Shown here piece after piece: positions 24,566 to 37,780 of a stretch of 64,000 nucleotides of DNA (position 1 is the first letter of the stretch; every line of letters starts with the position of its first letter). The translations under genes were made by a program, and so were the position numbers. Origin of the DNA: Octopus sinensis (taxonomy: Eukaryota); the NCBI RefSeq assembly GCF_006345805.1, contig NC_042997.1, positions 172,422,001 through 172,486,000 on the forward strand. The letters are read 5' to 3'. The notes beneath the pieces are model-generated. The model did no database searches. It saw nothing but the letters and a program-made list of their open reading frames with translations, and was not told where the DNA came from.

Positions 24566-25060
24566 CCGTAAATCCTTGAGTATAATCCGCATTTCCCCCT
24601 CCAAATTTAAAGGTCAAAATCCCTAGTGTGTACTATATACGAGGTTAAAAGTGAAAAATATATTCTAAGCAATATCCGAGTCTCTATTTGCTGTCTGGCT
24701 ATGTTTATTCAGACGCATTTTGTGATGTCGGGCATGAAAATACCTTAAACTAAGCCTGAAAGCAATGAAGTCATAAAAGGATCATCCATAACTTGCTGTA
24801 AACAACATTTATTGAATTTTATTACTGTTATTTCTTTATTTTCTGCAAACAAAATGCACGAAAAAGCTACACGTTTGCATTATGTTATATACACAATAAT
24901 AATAAAGGACGTTACCGTATACAGTTTTACAAACCAAGGACGTTATATAGACCTCCTTGACTCAAGTTAGAGAAGGGGTGCGCATTATACACAAGGTTTA
25001 GGTTTTTCAGAGGTACAGCCCCCTAAAAATCCCCTGTGTATTATACTCGAGGATTTACGG
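24566..25060. mobile_element. pogo/Tigger-type MITE
   Basis: TA at 24564-24565 and 25061-25062; TIR CCGTAAATCCTTGAGTATAA / TTATACTCGAGGATTTACGG. Confidence 0.85.
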
Positions 25061-26774
25061 TAAATGAAATAGCCACCAGTAATACATTTCTAATCAAGAG
25101 ATCCAGTGTAGTGCCTTCCCTCCAACCCTGAGATTTACTTATAGTTATTTATAATTCTGCCATTGAAAGATTACTAAATATTCAACAGAGTGCATGTGAT
25201 ATGTGTTTGCTCTTTGTCTAGGAACTTGATATTATATCTCTTCAACCAACTGTGTTGGTACACTTGCTAATTACTGTTTTCAACTGGAATAGAGCAAGAA
25301 TACAAAATTACTTTAATTATGCCAGCAACACTTTGCATTGATCCGGCAAATGATGTATTACAGTTACATCATTATTATACTCTTGTTTCTGTTTCTTTGG
25401 TGCTGTTAAAAACTACTTTAACTTAATGCATGCTTTCACTGCACAGCCAGACACAGCTGTGTGTATGCATGTTGGGTATGTATGAGGTTTTGTTTTAGGG
25501 GATTTTTTATTCTATTAAAAGTACTCGATATAATGTATGTACAGGGGCCTACATGACTTTTTTTTCTGTGTGTTGCGTATATGTGCAAGTACTAGGGTTT
25601 TAGGAATGACAAGTTTTTGGTTATTCCCAAGGCATCAGTTATTATGAGGATTGTTTTGTTTCCAATTTATATATGGATAGCATCTTAATTTTTTTTCTAG
25701 ATGTATTGTTGTTATTGTATATCTTGTTCAAATCTAGCTGAGATCAACTTTACCTTTCTTCCCTCCGGGGTCAAAAAAATATAATATCAGTCCAGTACCA
25801 AGTGGTACTCTGGTTACAGCAACGAGTGTTCCACTTAACCTAATCAACAGAACAGCCTGCTCATGAAATTAATGTGCAAGTGGCTGAGCGCTCCATAGAC
25901 ATGCATACTCTTAACGTAATTCTCAGGGAGATTCAGGCTGGCACTTTGAAATACAGGTACTACTCATTTTTGCCAGCAACTACTGTTGCACACATTTTTG
26001 GAAATCCAGTGTGAAGTCATCTTTTGAAATTATTCGAAACTCACTTTCAGTATGGAAACTTCTTCATACAGTCTCTCATTCTTTCTCACTATCTTTTATA
26101 CACATATGTACCTTTTCACACACACACTGATTTGTGCTTCAAAGATGAATACACAGTCATATATGATTTGTTGTTACTGTGAAACTATAGACATTGAAAT
26201 TGAATCACTTAGAGTATACAAAAGTCTTCACAGAAACACATGTTTGTCTCTATGTGTTTTTCTCTCTCTATGTGTCTCCTCCCCCACACTCTGTCATATG
26301 CAGACACGTACCTTTTTCACACACATGTACTCTCTCTCATTGATCTATTGCCTCAGACAATACCTTCCACACTGTCACTTGTGATTACTGTGAAGATATA
26401 GACATTAAAATTTCACAAATTGTTGTCCAGAGATAAAAACTTCAAACAAAATTTCAAATAACAATTTCTGTTTGCGACCAACCATTCATTAATAAATTGA
26501 ATTTACTTACACATAAGAATTTGTGTTTGTAATAGGACTCTACTATTCTTTGTGATTGTAATGAACAATTAGTCTATTATTGTATTTATTTTTTTGAATA
26601 TATACAACCAGTACAGCAGACAGTTGAATCAGCATCCATTTATTTTAAAGAAACCCTGTTGCTAAATAGAAAAGTAGTGACATCTTTCTTTACATAACTT
26701 AAAATCTTGGCCAAGTTCTTTTCCATTTTTTTATACATGTGTGTGCATGAGGAGAAAGAGGGTGAGTTCATTTA

Positions 26775-29020
26775 ATTGAACACTAATGGACAGAGAAGAC
26801 CTGTGCATCACTAGCACCCTCTTTCAACAGTGGGACATTTACAAGGTGTCGTGGATGCACCCATGTTCCAAAAAGTGGCATCCTCCTAGACTACATCATT
26901 GTCCGTCATCGAGATATGGGCGATGTCCTCCATACTTACGCAATGCATGGATCAGATTGCTGGATGGACCACAACCATATCCACTCCATGCTTAGAATCA
27001 ACATTTGACCCCCTAGCCAACAGCATCAAAGTGACTGAACACCACAAAACTATGATCCTGAGAACGGTGGCCTCTTTTAAGATCAGCTTGCCATCAAATT
27101 GGATACTCTCCCACTCCCCGATCCTACCTTGGTAAACTAAAAGGAGCTAGATGATATATGGGACAAACATATCTCCCTGATCTCCTCGGTTGCAACCTAA
27201 CAACTAGGACACACTAGACGTCGCAATCCTGACTGGTTTGATGAATCTGCTAATGAGATCCTCCCTCTTCTCAGAAATAGAAACCGGGCTCATGATGCCT
27301 ACCTCTCGAGTAGGTCCAACGCACACCTCCAGAATTGGAAAGATCTTCACTTGGAATGCCCGAGCAGACTTAGGCAGATTCAGAACACTTGGTGGAAGAA
27401 CAAAGCTACAGAAATTCAACGTTTTGCAGATGAAAATAAGATCCACGAGTTCTACACTGCAACCAAATCCATGTACAGTCCATCCTCCAATCATATCAAT
27501 CTGATACGATCTTCATACAGCAACACTCTCTACAAGGAAAAGACCCAGATCCGTGACAGATGGGCAGAACACTTCAACTCCTTGTTGAATACGATAAATC
27601 CTACAGACACCACACTGATTGATGAGATCCCTCATCTCCCTCCCCTTCCTGAGCTGGATACGGAACCCTCTCTCGTGGAAATCCATACAGCCCTCTCCTA
27701 CTTAAAAAACAGGAAATCACCTGTATCAGATGGTGTGTTGGGAGAGATCTATAAATATGGGGTCCTGTTCTTGTCCAGCGTCTTCATCTGATTATCCTCT
27801 ACTGTTGGAAAAGTGTCTTGATCCCTCAACGCTGGAAACACGCTGACATAATCACCATCTTCAAGAAGAAGGGAGATCGATCAGACTGCAACAACAGCAG
27901 AGGTATTTCGCTCCTGGATGTTGCAGGAAAGGTCTTGGCATGCATCCAGCTCTCTCGACTTCTTGGGCCACTTCGTCGAAGGAATCCACCCAGAGTCTCA
28001 ATGCGGTTTTAGAGCTAACCGTAGTACTATTGACATGGTCTTCGTCTTCCGCTTCCTGTTAGAGAAGTGCCAAGAACAGCAGTATGATGCCTTGTTTGCC
28101 TTTATTGACCTAACTAAAGCTTTTGATACTATTAGCTACCCACTACTATGGCATGTCCTGCAGAGGTATGGATGGCCTCCTAAGCTTCTTGCCATGCTAT
28201 GCCAGTTCCATGAGGGCATGCAAGCATGGGTGACATTAGGTGGCGATCAGTCTGACTACTTTAACATTCAAGTTGGTGTTAAACAAGGCTGTGTCCTGGC
28301 CCCTGTCCTCTTCAATGTGTTCCTTGTGGCTGTGACGTTACTATCTTGCTACGACCTCAAAACCGAAGATGGCATCCCAATTCACTATTGCCATAATGGC
28401 AGTCTCTTCAACTTGAGGAAACTAAAATCACTAACAAAGACAGTCCACCACTCTCTTTGAATTACAATATGCTGATGACTGTGAAGCTCTCACCCATGAA
28501 CCAGCCAGCCTTCAGCAGAATCTAGACGTGTGCAGCGCCTATCATCAAGCTGGCTCCAGGTTAACACCAAGAAAACAGAGATCCTTCAATGCTCCAAAAA
28601 TGGTTCACCCTCTGTGATTCTTTCAATCCAAGACAACTACCTAAAGAACACAAAGAAATTCACCTATTTGGGTTGCATTATTTCAGAAATTCAGAATCGC
28701 ATCTATCTTGCCTCCTCCACTCTTCTCAAGGATAGGGTCTTCCTTAATCGTGATCTGAATCTCTCCATGAAAATCGAGGTTTATCGTGTTGTTGTGGTTT
28801 CCATGTTTCTGTATTCCTCAGAAACCTGGACACTTTATTGTCATCATGTCAAACCCCTCAAATCCTTTCATACATGCTGTCTCCAACGCATTCTTCATTT
28901 GACCTAGAAGGATGAGATCCCACATACAGAGGTCCTGAGATGAGCGAAATTGACCTGCATCAAATGCGTGATCCTCAAATGTCAACTGCACTGGGTGGGG
29001 TATGTTATCAGGATGCCGGA
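26775..29020 (+). mobile_element. Decayed RTE-clade LINE (endonuclease C-terminus plus reverse transcriptase), truncated at both ends
   Basis: ORF pieces: LCITSTLFQQ..WMHP..KWH (APE end), KKKGDRSDCNNSRGISLL, PESQCGFR, FIDLTKAFD, GVKQGCVLAP, ELQYADD (about 28459), FTYLG, LYSSETW, WVGYVIRMP; many stops and frameshifts. Confidence 0.93.
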
Positions 29021-29050
29021 AAACTGTATGCGTGTGTGTATATATATATG

Positions 29051-29113
<63 letters not shown>

Positions 29114-29159
29114 AGTGTGTGTGTATGTGTGTATGTACACACACATGCACAAACATATA

Positions 29160-29335
29160 TACAACAGGCTTCTTTCAGTTTCAGACTACCAAATCCACTG
29201 ACCAGGCTTTAGTTGGCTGGAGGCTATAAGCAGAATAAACTTACCTAATGTGCCATGCAGTGGGACTGAACCCAGAGTTATGTGGTTAAAATAAACGTAG
29301 CAAACATCTTTCCACACAGCCACATCTGCACCTGT
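29160..29335 (-). mobile_element. SINE group 1 head
   Basis: CTTCTTTCAGTTTC...ACCACACAGCCAC block. Confidence 0.75.
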
Positions 29336-29661
29336 GTATGCTACTTCAGCTGATATCATATGTAGAACAAACATTTCTCTTTTGTTGACACAGTGTCAAA
29401 TGGGCCATATTCTGTGGGCACAAGTGTATGTAATTTGAACTGGCAAACTCCGGAGGGCTGTGTCGGCAATTAGGTACACCTGGTGAGCACAGCAGCAGCA
29501 CTTCAAATACAGACTGGCTGAGACTCAGTGCATTTCAAGCCAGAGCACAAAAGTAAAAATATCACTGTAGTTATGTGTTAAAATGTAAAGTGGTTACCAT
29601 ATATATATTTATATACACACATACATATATATATATATATATACATATATATATACATATA

Positions 29662-29810
29662 TATGGTCCCATATATGGACACAATATGGTCCCATTATTC
29701 AATCGGATTTTGGTAATTTGTGCCTTTCGAAACACGTGTAGAATGAAATAAAACGATTTCTGTTCAATCTGCGTTCAGCTCCATTTCTTCAATTCACCAA
29801 TAATGTTTTA
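29662..29810 (+). mobile_element. Short Penelope-like tail between (TA)n tracts, 3' half of a hammerhead
   Basis: GAA-ACACGTGT-A at 29729-29740 (palindromic helix III, GUA triplet); no CUGANGA upstream. Confidence 0.4.
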
Positions 29811-29888
29811 TATATACATATATATATATATACATATATATATACATATATATATATATACATACATACATACATACATATATATACA

Positions 29889-29924
<36 letters not shown>

Positions 29925-30140
29925 TACATACATATATATATATGTACATACATACATATATATATACATACATATATATATATGTACATACATACATATA
30001 TATATACATACATATATATATATATGTACATACATACATATATATATACATACATATATATATATATACATACATACATATATTATATATATATATATAT
30101 ATATACATATATATCTATATATACATACACACACACATAT
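29811..30140. repeat. Compound (TA)/(TACA) microsatellite with 40-bp higher-order period
   Basis: Identical 40-mers at 29941 and 29981. Confidence 0.95.
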
Positions 30141-30481
30141 AAATATATGCACCCACACTCATATGTGTTTTTTTTTTGTGCATTTTGTCAAAATTGCAGA
30201 CAGTCTGTTTATTTCCTTTGCTATTGTTGTTGTTGGGTGTTCTTATGCTCTTCTCTTTGTTAATGATGATACTACTACTGTTGATGCTGTAAATACCATT
30301 GCTAGTATTGCTACCAATGTTAGTGTTCATATTGTCACTGCTTGTTCCTAGCAATTCAAACCTTGTTAACCAAAAAGATGGTGCATGTTTTTTGTGTATA
30401 ACAATGAACACAATAATCCACTTCTAGGAGTGTTCTTTGAGCATTTTGAGATTTGTGTATGTCCGTCTAGATAGTCTGTAT

Positions 30482-30687
30482 ATAGTCACCAACTGTCAGT
30501 TAGCTTTCACCTAAAAGATACATTAATACCAGAAACATTACTATATATATGCACACACAGAAAGATTTACTTGCATAGAAACACATATACACTTATACAT
30601 TTATTTGCATATAAACACATATATATATATATATATATGGTATTAATGTATCTTTTAGGTGAAAGCTAACTGACAGTTGCTGACTAT
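30482..30687. repeat. 50-bp inverted repeat flanking a 106-nt spacer
   Basis: 30482-30531 versus 30638-30687, one mismatch; the right arm starts immediately after (TA)n. Confidence 0.9.
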
Positions 30688-33600
30688 CTCTTTAGTATGT
30701 TGTGTAAAAATGTCTTTTCTGTTGATAACAATGGAGAAAGATCTGTACTTTGAGGGCATTGTGTGTAGAATGAGCCATGTTGATGACAATGTGTGTAGAA
30801 TGAGTATTATTTGTTTGATGACATCATGTATAGAAAAATCTGGACCTCAAGTAGCATTGTGTTTAAAATGAGTGATATTCTTCAAGCAGCTATGTTCATG
30901 ATCCTAACTGTGCTAGGACTGTCAGTTATTAGGTGTGCCTGTTGATATAACAGCCCAGTAATCACTGACAGGTTGACAGTTTACTCAATTCAAGCAGGAG
31001 TGTATAAAGTAAAACTGCTAACCCAAATTTGCATTCCACTACATCACAAAATTTAGTCTACCCTTCTTCAGGAGCAGTTCCTTACATTATTATTATTATT
31101 ATTATTATTATTAAAGGAATTATTTATTTATTTGATTCTTCTGCTGCTAATTACTGAACCTTGAACAAGACTAGAGCTTATCAATCAAATAAACTATCAA
31201 GGAGGTGTGTAATGCAATTTTGCAATAAGGCTTGATTTCATTGGTGTGTAGCTAAGCAGTCTATAGTTCCTCATAAAAGTAAGGATTTGCAAATGTTAGA
31301 AGCTTTATCCTCTCTTCGTGTTATGACTCAGATTTATAACAATTAGTAATTTTATAACCCATAACCATTACAGCAATTAGCAATAAGGTTACTGGAGTAC
31401 TTCGTCACATAGTCATGAGGTGAAGCCCTACTTCAGCATTATATTTCATTGCTTATTAACTCTGTAACTTTTACTGTTATGTCATGGCTGAATGATTAGC
31501 AGCAGAAAGAACTACCTAATATAAAACAAATCTTCCAACAAAGTAAAAATGATTTCATCCTTTTTTATTCTTTGTTGTCATCAAGATTTTAGCATACTGT
31601 AGACATTTGTGACCATAGTTTATTAGTTTTATTACATTATGTGCTTTTGTAATTTATTGCTTATTGCCTTATGTGCTTCCATACATTATTTATCATTTTA
31701 TTTACTTAGATGTTTGTGTACTTGGTTACCTCAGTGTTCGTTATTTAAATTATCCACTGGGACTGTAGATTGGCAGAATTGGTAGCACTAACTAATGAAA
31801 TATCTTGTGGTATCAACATCATCATCATTATGTTTTCCATGCTGACATGGGTTGGAATTTTTTGGCAGGATCCAGCAAGTCATGGAAATGTATCAGCTTT
31901 GGCATGCTTTCTACTGTTGGCTACCATTTCTAATACTAACCACTTTACTGTGTGTCTTAAGCGCTACTTTTTCTTTATGTGCCACTGGCTTTTGCAAGAC
32001 AAGGAAGGAATGGTAAAAAGCCTCATTGGCTAAATTGGGTAGAGAAAATTATTTGAGAGGGCGAAGTAACTTTATACCAGGTGTTAAGAGGCTAAAGTAT
32101 GGTAGATTTACAAGCACAGGTGTCTTGCTATAGAAAAGATACATAATTACCCTGCATTATATAAGAGTGGGTGGGTGTAGCTGGGAAGATGGGAAGAAGA
32201 TAAAGATGTTAGTGATGGAGTGCCTAATCATATATCTTATCATCCTGAGTTCAGATTCTGTGAGGCTGACTATGCCTTTTAGGATCGATAAAAGAATTAC
32301 CATTCATGTACTAAAGCTGATATAATTGGCTGTGTCTTCCGACCAGAATGTGCAGTCTTTTGTCTGTGCTAGAAGTCATTATTTAAATTGTTCATTATAT
32401 TGCATTAACTATTGTCAGCAAACTGCCATTAAAAGGTAATTTAAATTTCTATATGCTTGTGTGATTTGTACTTTTAAGCAATCACATACAAGAAAACATT
32501 GTTGGAAGAAGCTTTTGTTGATGTTGCACGTAGTCTTTATAACAGAAAATAGATGGCATAATGAAATACATGTCAACTTTGAGTTATTGTATTCTTATGT
32601 TAATGGTAACTTATTGTGTATTGTAATGGAGTAGGATTTTGGGTAACCCCAGGTTAGCCATGATAAAATGGCATTCCAGCCATGGCCAGCCTACATATTT
32701 GTTTTTCAGGCACAGTTTATCTAGAACAACATTATCTAATGTGTCCATTCCTTTCAAAAGAAAGTAATTAGAATAATTTTAGAAAGATTTTGTTGCTATT
32801 TCTTGTGCATAAATGCTATATCGTTAGTTCAATAATGTAAGAAGTATGGAAGTGCAATTTGCTGCTGTTTATAGCCAAAGGCCAGCCCATATACGAGTAG
32901 ACCTATGCTACAAGTTGTCAAAGATGTAATCATCTTGTCTTTTTTCATCAGGCAATGCTGGTGATATTTTAAAGACACCTAGTACACTCTTTGGAGTGAT
33001 TGGCATAAAGAAGGGCATCCAGCCACAGAAACCAAGCCAAAATGGACTGGATCCTTGTGCAACTCTCCAGCTTACCAGTTCCAGTCAAACCATCTAACCC
33101 ATGTCAGCATGGAAAACAAATGCTAAATGATGATGATTCATCTTGGATTTTTATTATCCTTTGCATTCTCTCTCTTTTTTTTTTTTATTCCTTCATAGTG
33201 TGAGTCGAGGAAAATTTATCTTCAAGTTTTTGAGGGTTGAATGATTGCAGATATGCTTCCTCGTCTTGATTTAGGGTTTTTGTCAAGATTGCTACCAATA
33301 TTTCATGTTTCAAGTAATTATTTTTTGCCTCATATCTCCAGAAATATTTTTATTCATTTTGTTTCCATCTTATGAATTTAGTCTTCATATGACAAGAGGA
33401 AAGAGGGATGGAGATTACCATGGTTACTTCAGAATAGATTTAAAAACAATATGGTATTGCCAGCAGTGGTGATTATTTTGCTGCTTGCTATGGAAGTTTG
33501 CTTAGGAAGGAAGGATTTCTGTTTATTAACTGGTGCTGTTAGTTTTAAATATTTAGCTATAATTCTCTGATATCATCCCAGATTAATGTTAACATTTAAT

Positions 33601-34480
33601 TAAAATATCATTTCCTGTGTTGACAAAATATTGTTAGGCCTACTCAAATATATTTCACATAAATTGCTGACTTTATATGGTACAATGTTGACTGGAAGAA
33701 ATTGTGAATTCTCTCATTCATTGTCACTGTCATTAAAGTACAGTGTACTTTGTTAAATTACTGTTTGCAAACAGAAATCTTATAAGCTAAGCTAGCAGCA
33801 GTTATTCTATTTGAAGTATATCATGAACTCTATCCAGTGCATATAAGCTAAGACTAAATTATCTGAAAATTTGTTTATTTAATGGTTTATTGTATTATTC
33901 ATATGACTGTTTATAAGACCACATTTAGAGGAGCGTGAAAAACAAGATTGTGTAACCTTTATATTTTTTACTTGTGAGAGTCTCCCCCAAGCTGTTTCAC
34001 CTGTTAGAAATAGCAACCAAATCTTGCCTAGGTCACACTCTATATTGCTAGGAAACCAACCAAAAACACATTGGATAGCGTGGGCCAGATACTTGCTCAA
34101 ACGAGGCACCAGTTGTGCTGCCTGTACTATCATCAACATAGCTGTGAAAGAGTTAAAAGTGGAAAAAAGAAAAGTAGAAACTTAATCTGCTTGATTTCTT
34201 TGTCTTTCCATATAAAAAAAAACCTAAACAACATAAAAACACAATAATTCAGTTTATATAACTTACTAGTACACTGTCAAAAGTGCTAGTAAATGTCAGA
34301 AACCTTCTCTTTTTATGGAGCATCAAACTAATACATTCCATGTGCACATCCTCTTGTTTTGTTATTGTTATTTTTAATGTTCGATTATTCGATTTTATTA
34401 GCATGTCTATTATTGATGAAGTTTGTTGGTTTCAAAAGTTTAAACAATATGATTGACTTAGGTTGGTCATTAGTTTTAGG

Positions 34481-34603
34481 CAGAGCCGTGGAGTTGAAAC
34501 AAAAAAATCTCCAACTCCTATGTAATTAGGTAATTGTTGTCTATTTTACCGACTCCGACTACCCCTTAATTGTTTCTGACTCCACGACAATTCCACAGCC
34601 CTG
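34481..34603. mobile_element. Tiny hAT MITE (123 bp)
   Basis: Perfect 8-bp TSD GTTTTAGG (34473-34480, 34604-34611); TIR CAGAGCCGTGGAGT / ATTCCACAGCCCTG. Confidence 0.85.
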
Positions 34604-34681
34604 GTTTTAGGGCATATATGGTTAGATCTCAACCCCATTTCCATAGTGTATAAGTGACTGAGATTACTGTTGTTAATGCTG

Positions 34682-35000
34682 AAGGCTCATGGCTTAGTGG
34701 TTAGGGACACTCAGCTCATGACTGCAAGGTCGCAAGTTCAATTCCTACTGGTACATCGTGTCGTTGAGCAAGACGCTTTATTTCATGTCACTCCAGTCCA
34801 CTCAGCTGGCATTAACGAGTAGTACCTGTAATTCAGTGGGCCAGCCATGTCACATTCCGTATCATGTTGGATCTCCCTGAGAGCTACATTAAGGGTACAT
34901 GTGTTTGTGGAGTGCTCGGTCACTTGCATGTTAATTTCACGAGAAGGCCATTCCATTGATCAGATCAACCAGGACACTTGTTATAACCAACAGAGTTTCA
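34682..35000 (+). mobile_element. SINE group 3 (CORE-like)
   Basis: TGGCTTAGTGG, AGTTCAATTCC, GTCGTTGAGCAAGACGCTTTA. Confidence 0.8.
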
Positions 35001-35099
35001 GTTAACTCTTATCTGTTTTTCATGTAAGGGGTCTATTATTCTATATGCCTTTGAAAATACAAATCCCAGGGAGGATTTTTTTGATAGGGAAAATGACAA

Positions 35100-35460
35100 C
35101 AACATTATTACTCACCCCTCCAATCGCTGACCCATTCACTGTCACCACCATCCTCTCTCTCTCTCCCCCCACCTGAGGCAGCTTTGTTTCCTCTCTAAAG
35201 CAAGACTCCTTTTTCTGCCCCTCAATACTACTCCTCATGCCACCATTCAGTTTAGGGGTCTTGTCTTGCAAGTTACTTGTTGACTTCACAGCTGCTGGTA
35301 CCACATAAAATGTACCCACTTCATTCTGTAAAGTGGTTGGCATTAAGAAGGGCATCCAGCTGTAGAAACCATGTCAAAGTAGACAAGTGGGATTAGCGAA
35401 GTTTTCTGACTTGCCAGTTCCTGTGGAACCATCCAACCCACACCAGCATGGAAAATGACG
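35100..35460 (+). mobile_element. RTE-tail repeat
   Basis: GGGCATCCAGCTGTAGAAACC...CCAACCCACACCAGCATGGAAAA. Confidence 0.65.
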
Positions 35461-36678
35461 ACAGTTATCCCTTGGTTCACATGGTAGATTAGTTTCACTT
35501 GTTACCATATAACTTGGAATTGTGTAAATCTAAGGAAATGCAATTTTTAAAAATATATTATCAGCAAAAAACAAAAACCCACACTGGTGGTGTTGATAGA
35601 ATATTGTTTTAAGAAACCAGTAGTTTCTGTATTATTATTATTATTAGCACTACATAGTGCCGATCAGCAAAAATAATTCAGGAAACATGTTGCAAGCAGC
35701 AAAACGCACTATATAAAAACTGATAATGAGTGTCATGTTAACTGTCAGTGGTTGTCTTAAAACCTTAGCATGAAGTTTGGAGAGGTATATTTTAAAAGCC
35801 AACAGAGGCTAATCAACTCTATGGTGGCTGTGTCTGATTAAGAAAAGTCATGCAATTATCTTAATTGAGTGTACTCGATTCAGGTGACTATTTATTGATT
35901 GGTTGGTTTATTTTCTCATAATTAAATTCTTCAAAGTCTTTCATTCACACATCTATACTATTCGATCGTTGATGATTCTGTGAAATATATTTAGGTAACA
36001 ACCTTCCACCCAACCAATTAGGGTCTTTTGCCATATGTTGTTTTTATTTTTAAATAAACATTGAAACATTTACTGTTAATCAAATTACATTTTTCTTTTT
36101 AATTGTATGTCGTGTTTATTTAAAACTAAGTGTGGACACACATGCAGTTAGTATTTGAAAGAAGAATAGGTGCAGGTATGGTTGTGTGGTTGAGAAGCTT
36201 GTTTCCCTACCATGTGGTCTTGGGTTCAGTTCCATTGTGTGGCATCTTGGGTGAGTACCTTCTTAGTGCCTTGGGCTGACCAGGACCTTGTGAGTGGATT
36301 TAATTGGCAGAAACTGAAAGAATCCCATCTGTGTGTGTGTCTACATACTCCTGTCCTGATACCATGTGCTGGTCATAAACAAACATCACCATCATGTAAG
36401 CTTTTTTTATATTTTAGTCTTCTGTAGAAGGACATATCTGGCCATGGGAAACGGTTCCTTGGTTAGAAACAAGTGAGGATTGACAATAGGAAGATTACCC
36501 AGGTGTAGAAAATCTGCTTTAAAAAATTCTGCCTGACCTATGCAAACATAGAGAAATTGACATTAAATTCTGTTTGACCTATGCAAACATGGAAAAATGG
36601 ACATTAAATGATAATGATGATGAATACAAGAGTTAACATTTGGTAGGTTTTAGATGAAGGCTAATGTATGAAGATTCA

Positions 36679-36898
36679 CTCTTTAGCATTTAAACCAGCC
36701 ATGTTCAGCCAAAATATTCTACCTGTTGTCATCTTCAAATTAGCCCGATCTGGCCTCTCACACCTACCCTACAATGTCACATTAAAAATAAACAATCACA
36801 TCATTGAAATCTCAAAGCCACAAGATAATGCATGATTAATTCAAAATAATGTGAATAAATAAGCATTATATTGTGACAGTAATCTGAATGCTCAAGAG
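36679..36898. mobile_element. piggyBac-type MITE (CCCTTTAGCA family, reverse orientation)
   Basis: CTCTTTAGCATT...AATGCTCAAGAG|TTAA. Confidence 0.8.
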
Positions 36899-37126
36899 TT
36901 AAATAGTAGGTGTGACATAGGACAAGATAAATGCCTGACATGCCAACTCAAAGCTGCCTTCAATTCACTTAGTTTGTAGATCTATTTCTTGAAAAAAGGC
37001 GACCAAGTTCCTAAAAAGACTGTCACTGCTTCTGGTACTTTTTTTTTTGTCCTATAATTCTTAAGTTTCATAGTTAATTAGTGAGAGCAGTGATAAATCC
37101 TTCCAGTGTGTGCAGATAATCTAGAG

Positions 37127-37627
37127 CAGTGCTCCGCAACCTTTTTTTCACTTGTGGTACACTTAATTCTTTTCAAAATTCGGTGGCACACCTGAGCTAA
37201 AAATATAACTAAAAACATAGGAAAAAAATTACGTTTATATATTTGTTTTGCAAGATTCTTGATGTGAAGTCGCGTGTTGAAACAAATGTTGTTGTATTTA
37301 GGAATGGCCATGTTGCCAGTTTAGCCAATAAAAACACACGCACTATATATTTGGTGTTTGGTGTTAATTTGCTTCAGCTTTATTTATTTTATTTTTTACA
37401 TTAATCTTAATCTTATTTCGGCCAGAGTTCTTTCGTCACACTTCTGTGACCTCATCAGTGGTCCTTTGCTTTCTTCTTTCTTATTTGTGTGTCTCTCCTT
37501 ACTAACAGTCAGCCATTTTGTATTCCTATTGTATGTGTCTTTATTTGTGTATCAGGTTACACTACAGCACACATAGCATCACCTTGTGGCATGCCAGTAT
37601 GCTATGGCATACTGTTGCAGAGCACTG
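37127..37627. mobile_element. hAT/Charlie-type MITE
   Basis: TIR CAGTGCTCCGCAAC / GTTGCAGAGCACTG; TSD ATCTAGAG / GTCTAGAG. Confidence 0.8.
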
Positions 37628-37780
37628 GTCTAGAGTCAGCTCTAATCGAGCAGATCCATGACCAAATGCATTCCAACCATGACTGCATCATCTTTTTAGA
37701 GGTATGTAAGGGCTACATTATCCAGTTTGTCCTTTTTAACAACAATGTACTGTTGTATACTATCTTATATAGTGAAGGCT

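Noticed and set aside
29789-30351. Y/I/M/C-rich ORFs here and at about 554, 3470, 28940, 50895, 56784, 59280 and 62144
   Set aside because: Translations of (TA)n/(TG)n/(TACA)n microsatellites.
30115-30411. 98-aa N/S-rich minus ORF
   Set aside because: Derived from decayed trinucleotide repeats; no convincing splice sites.
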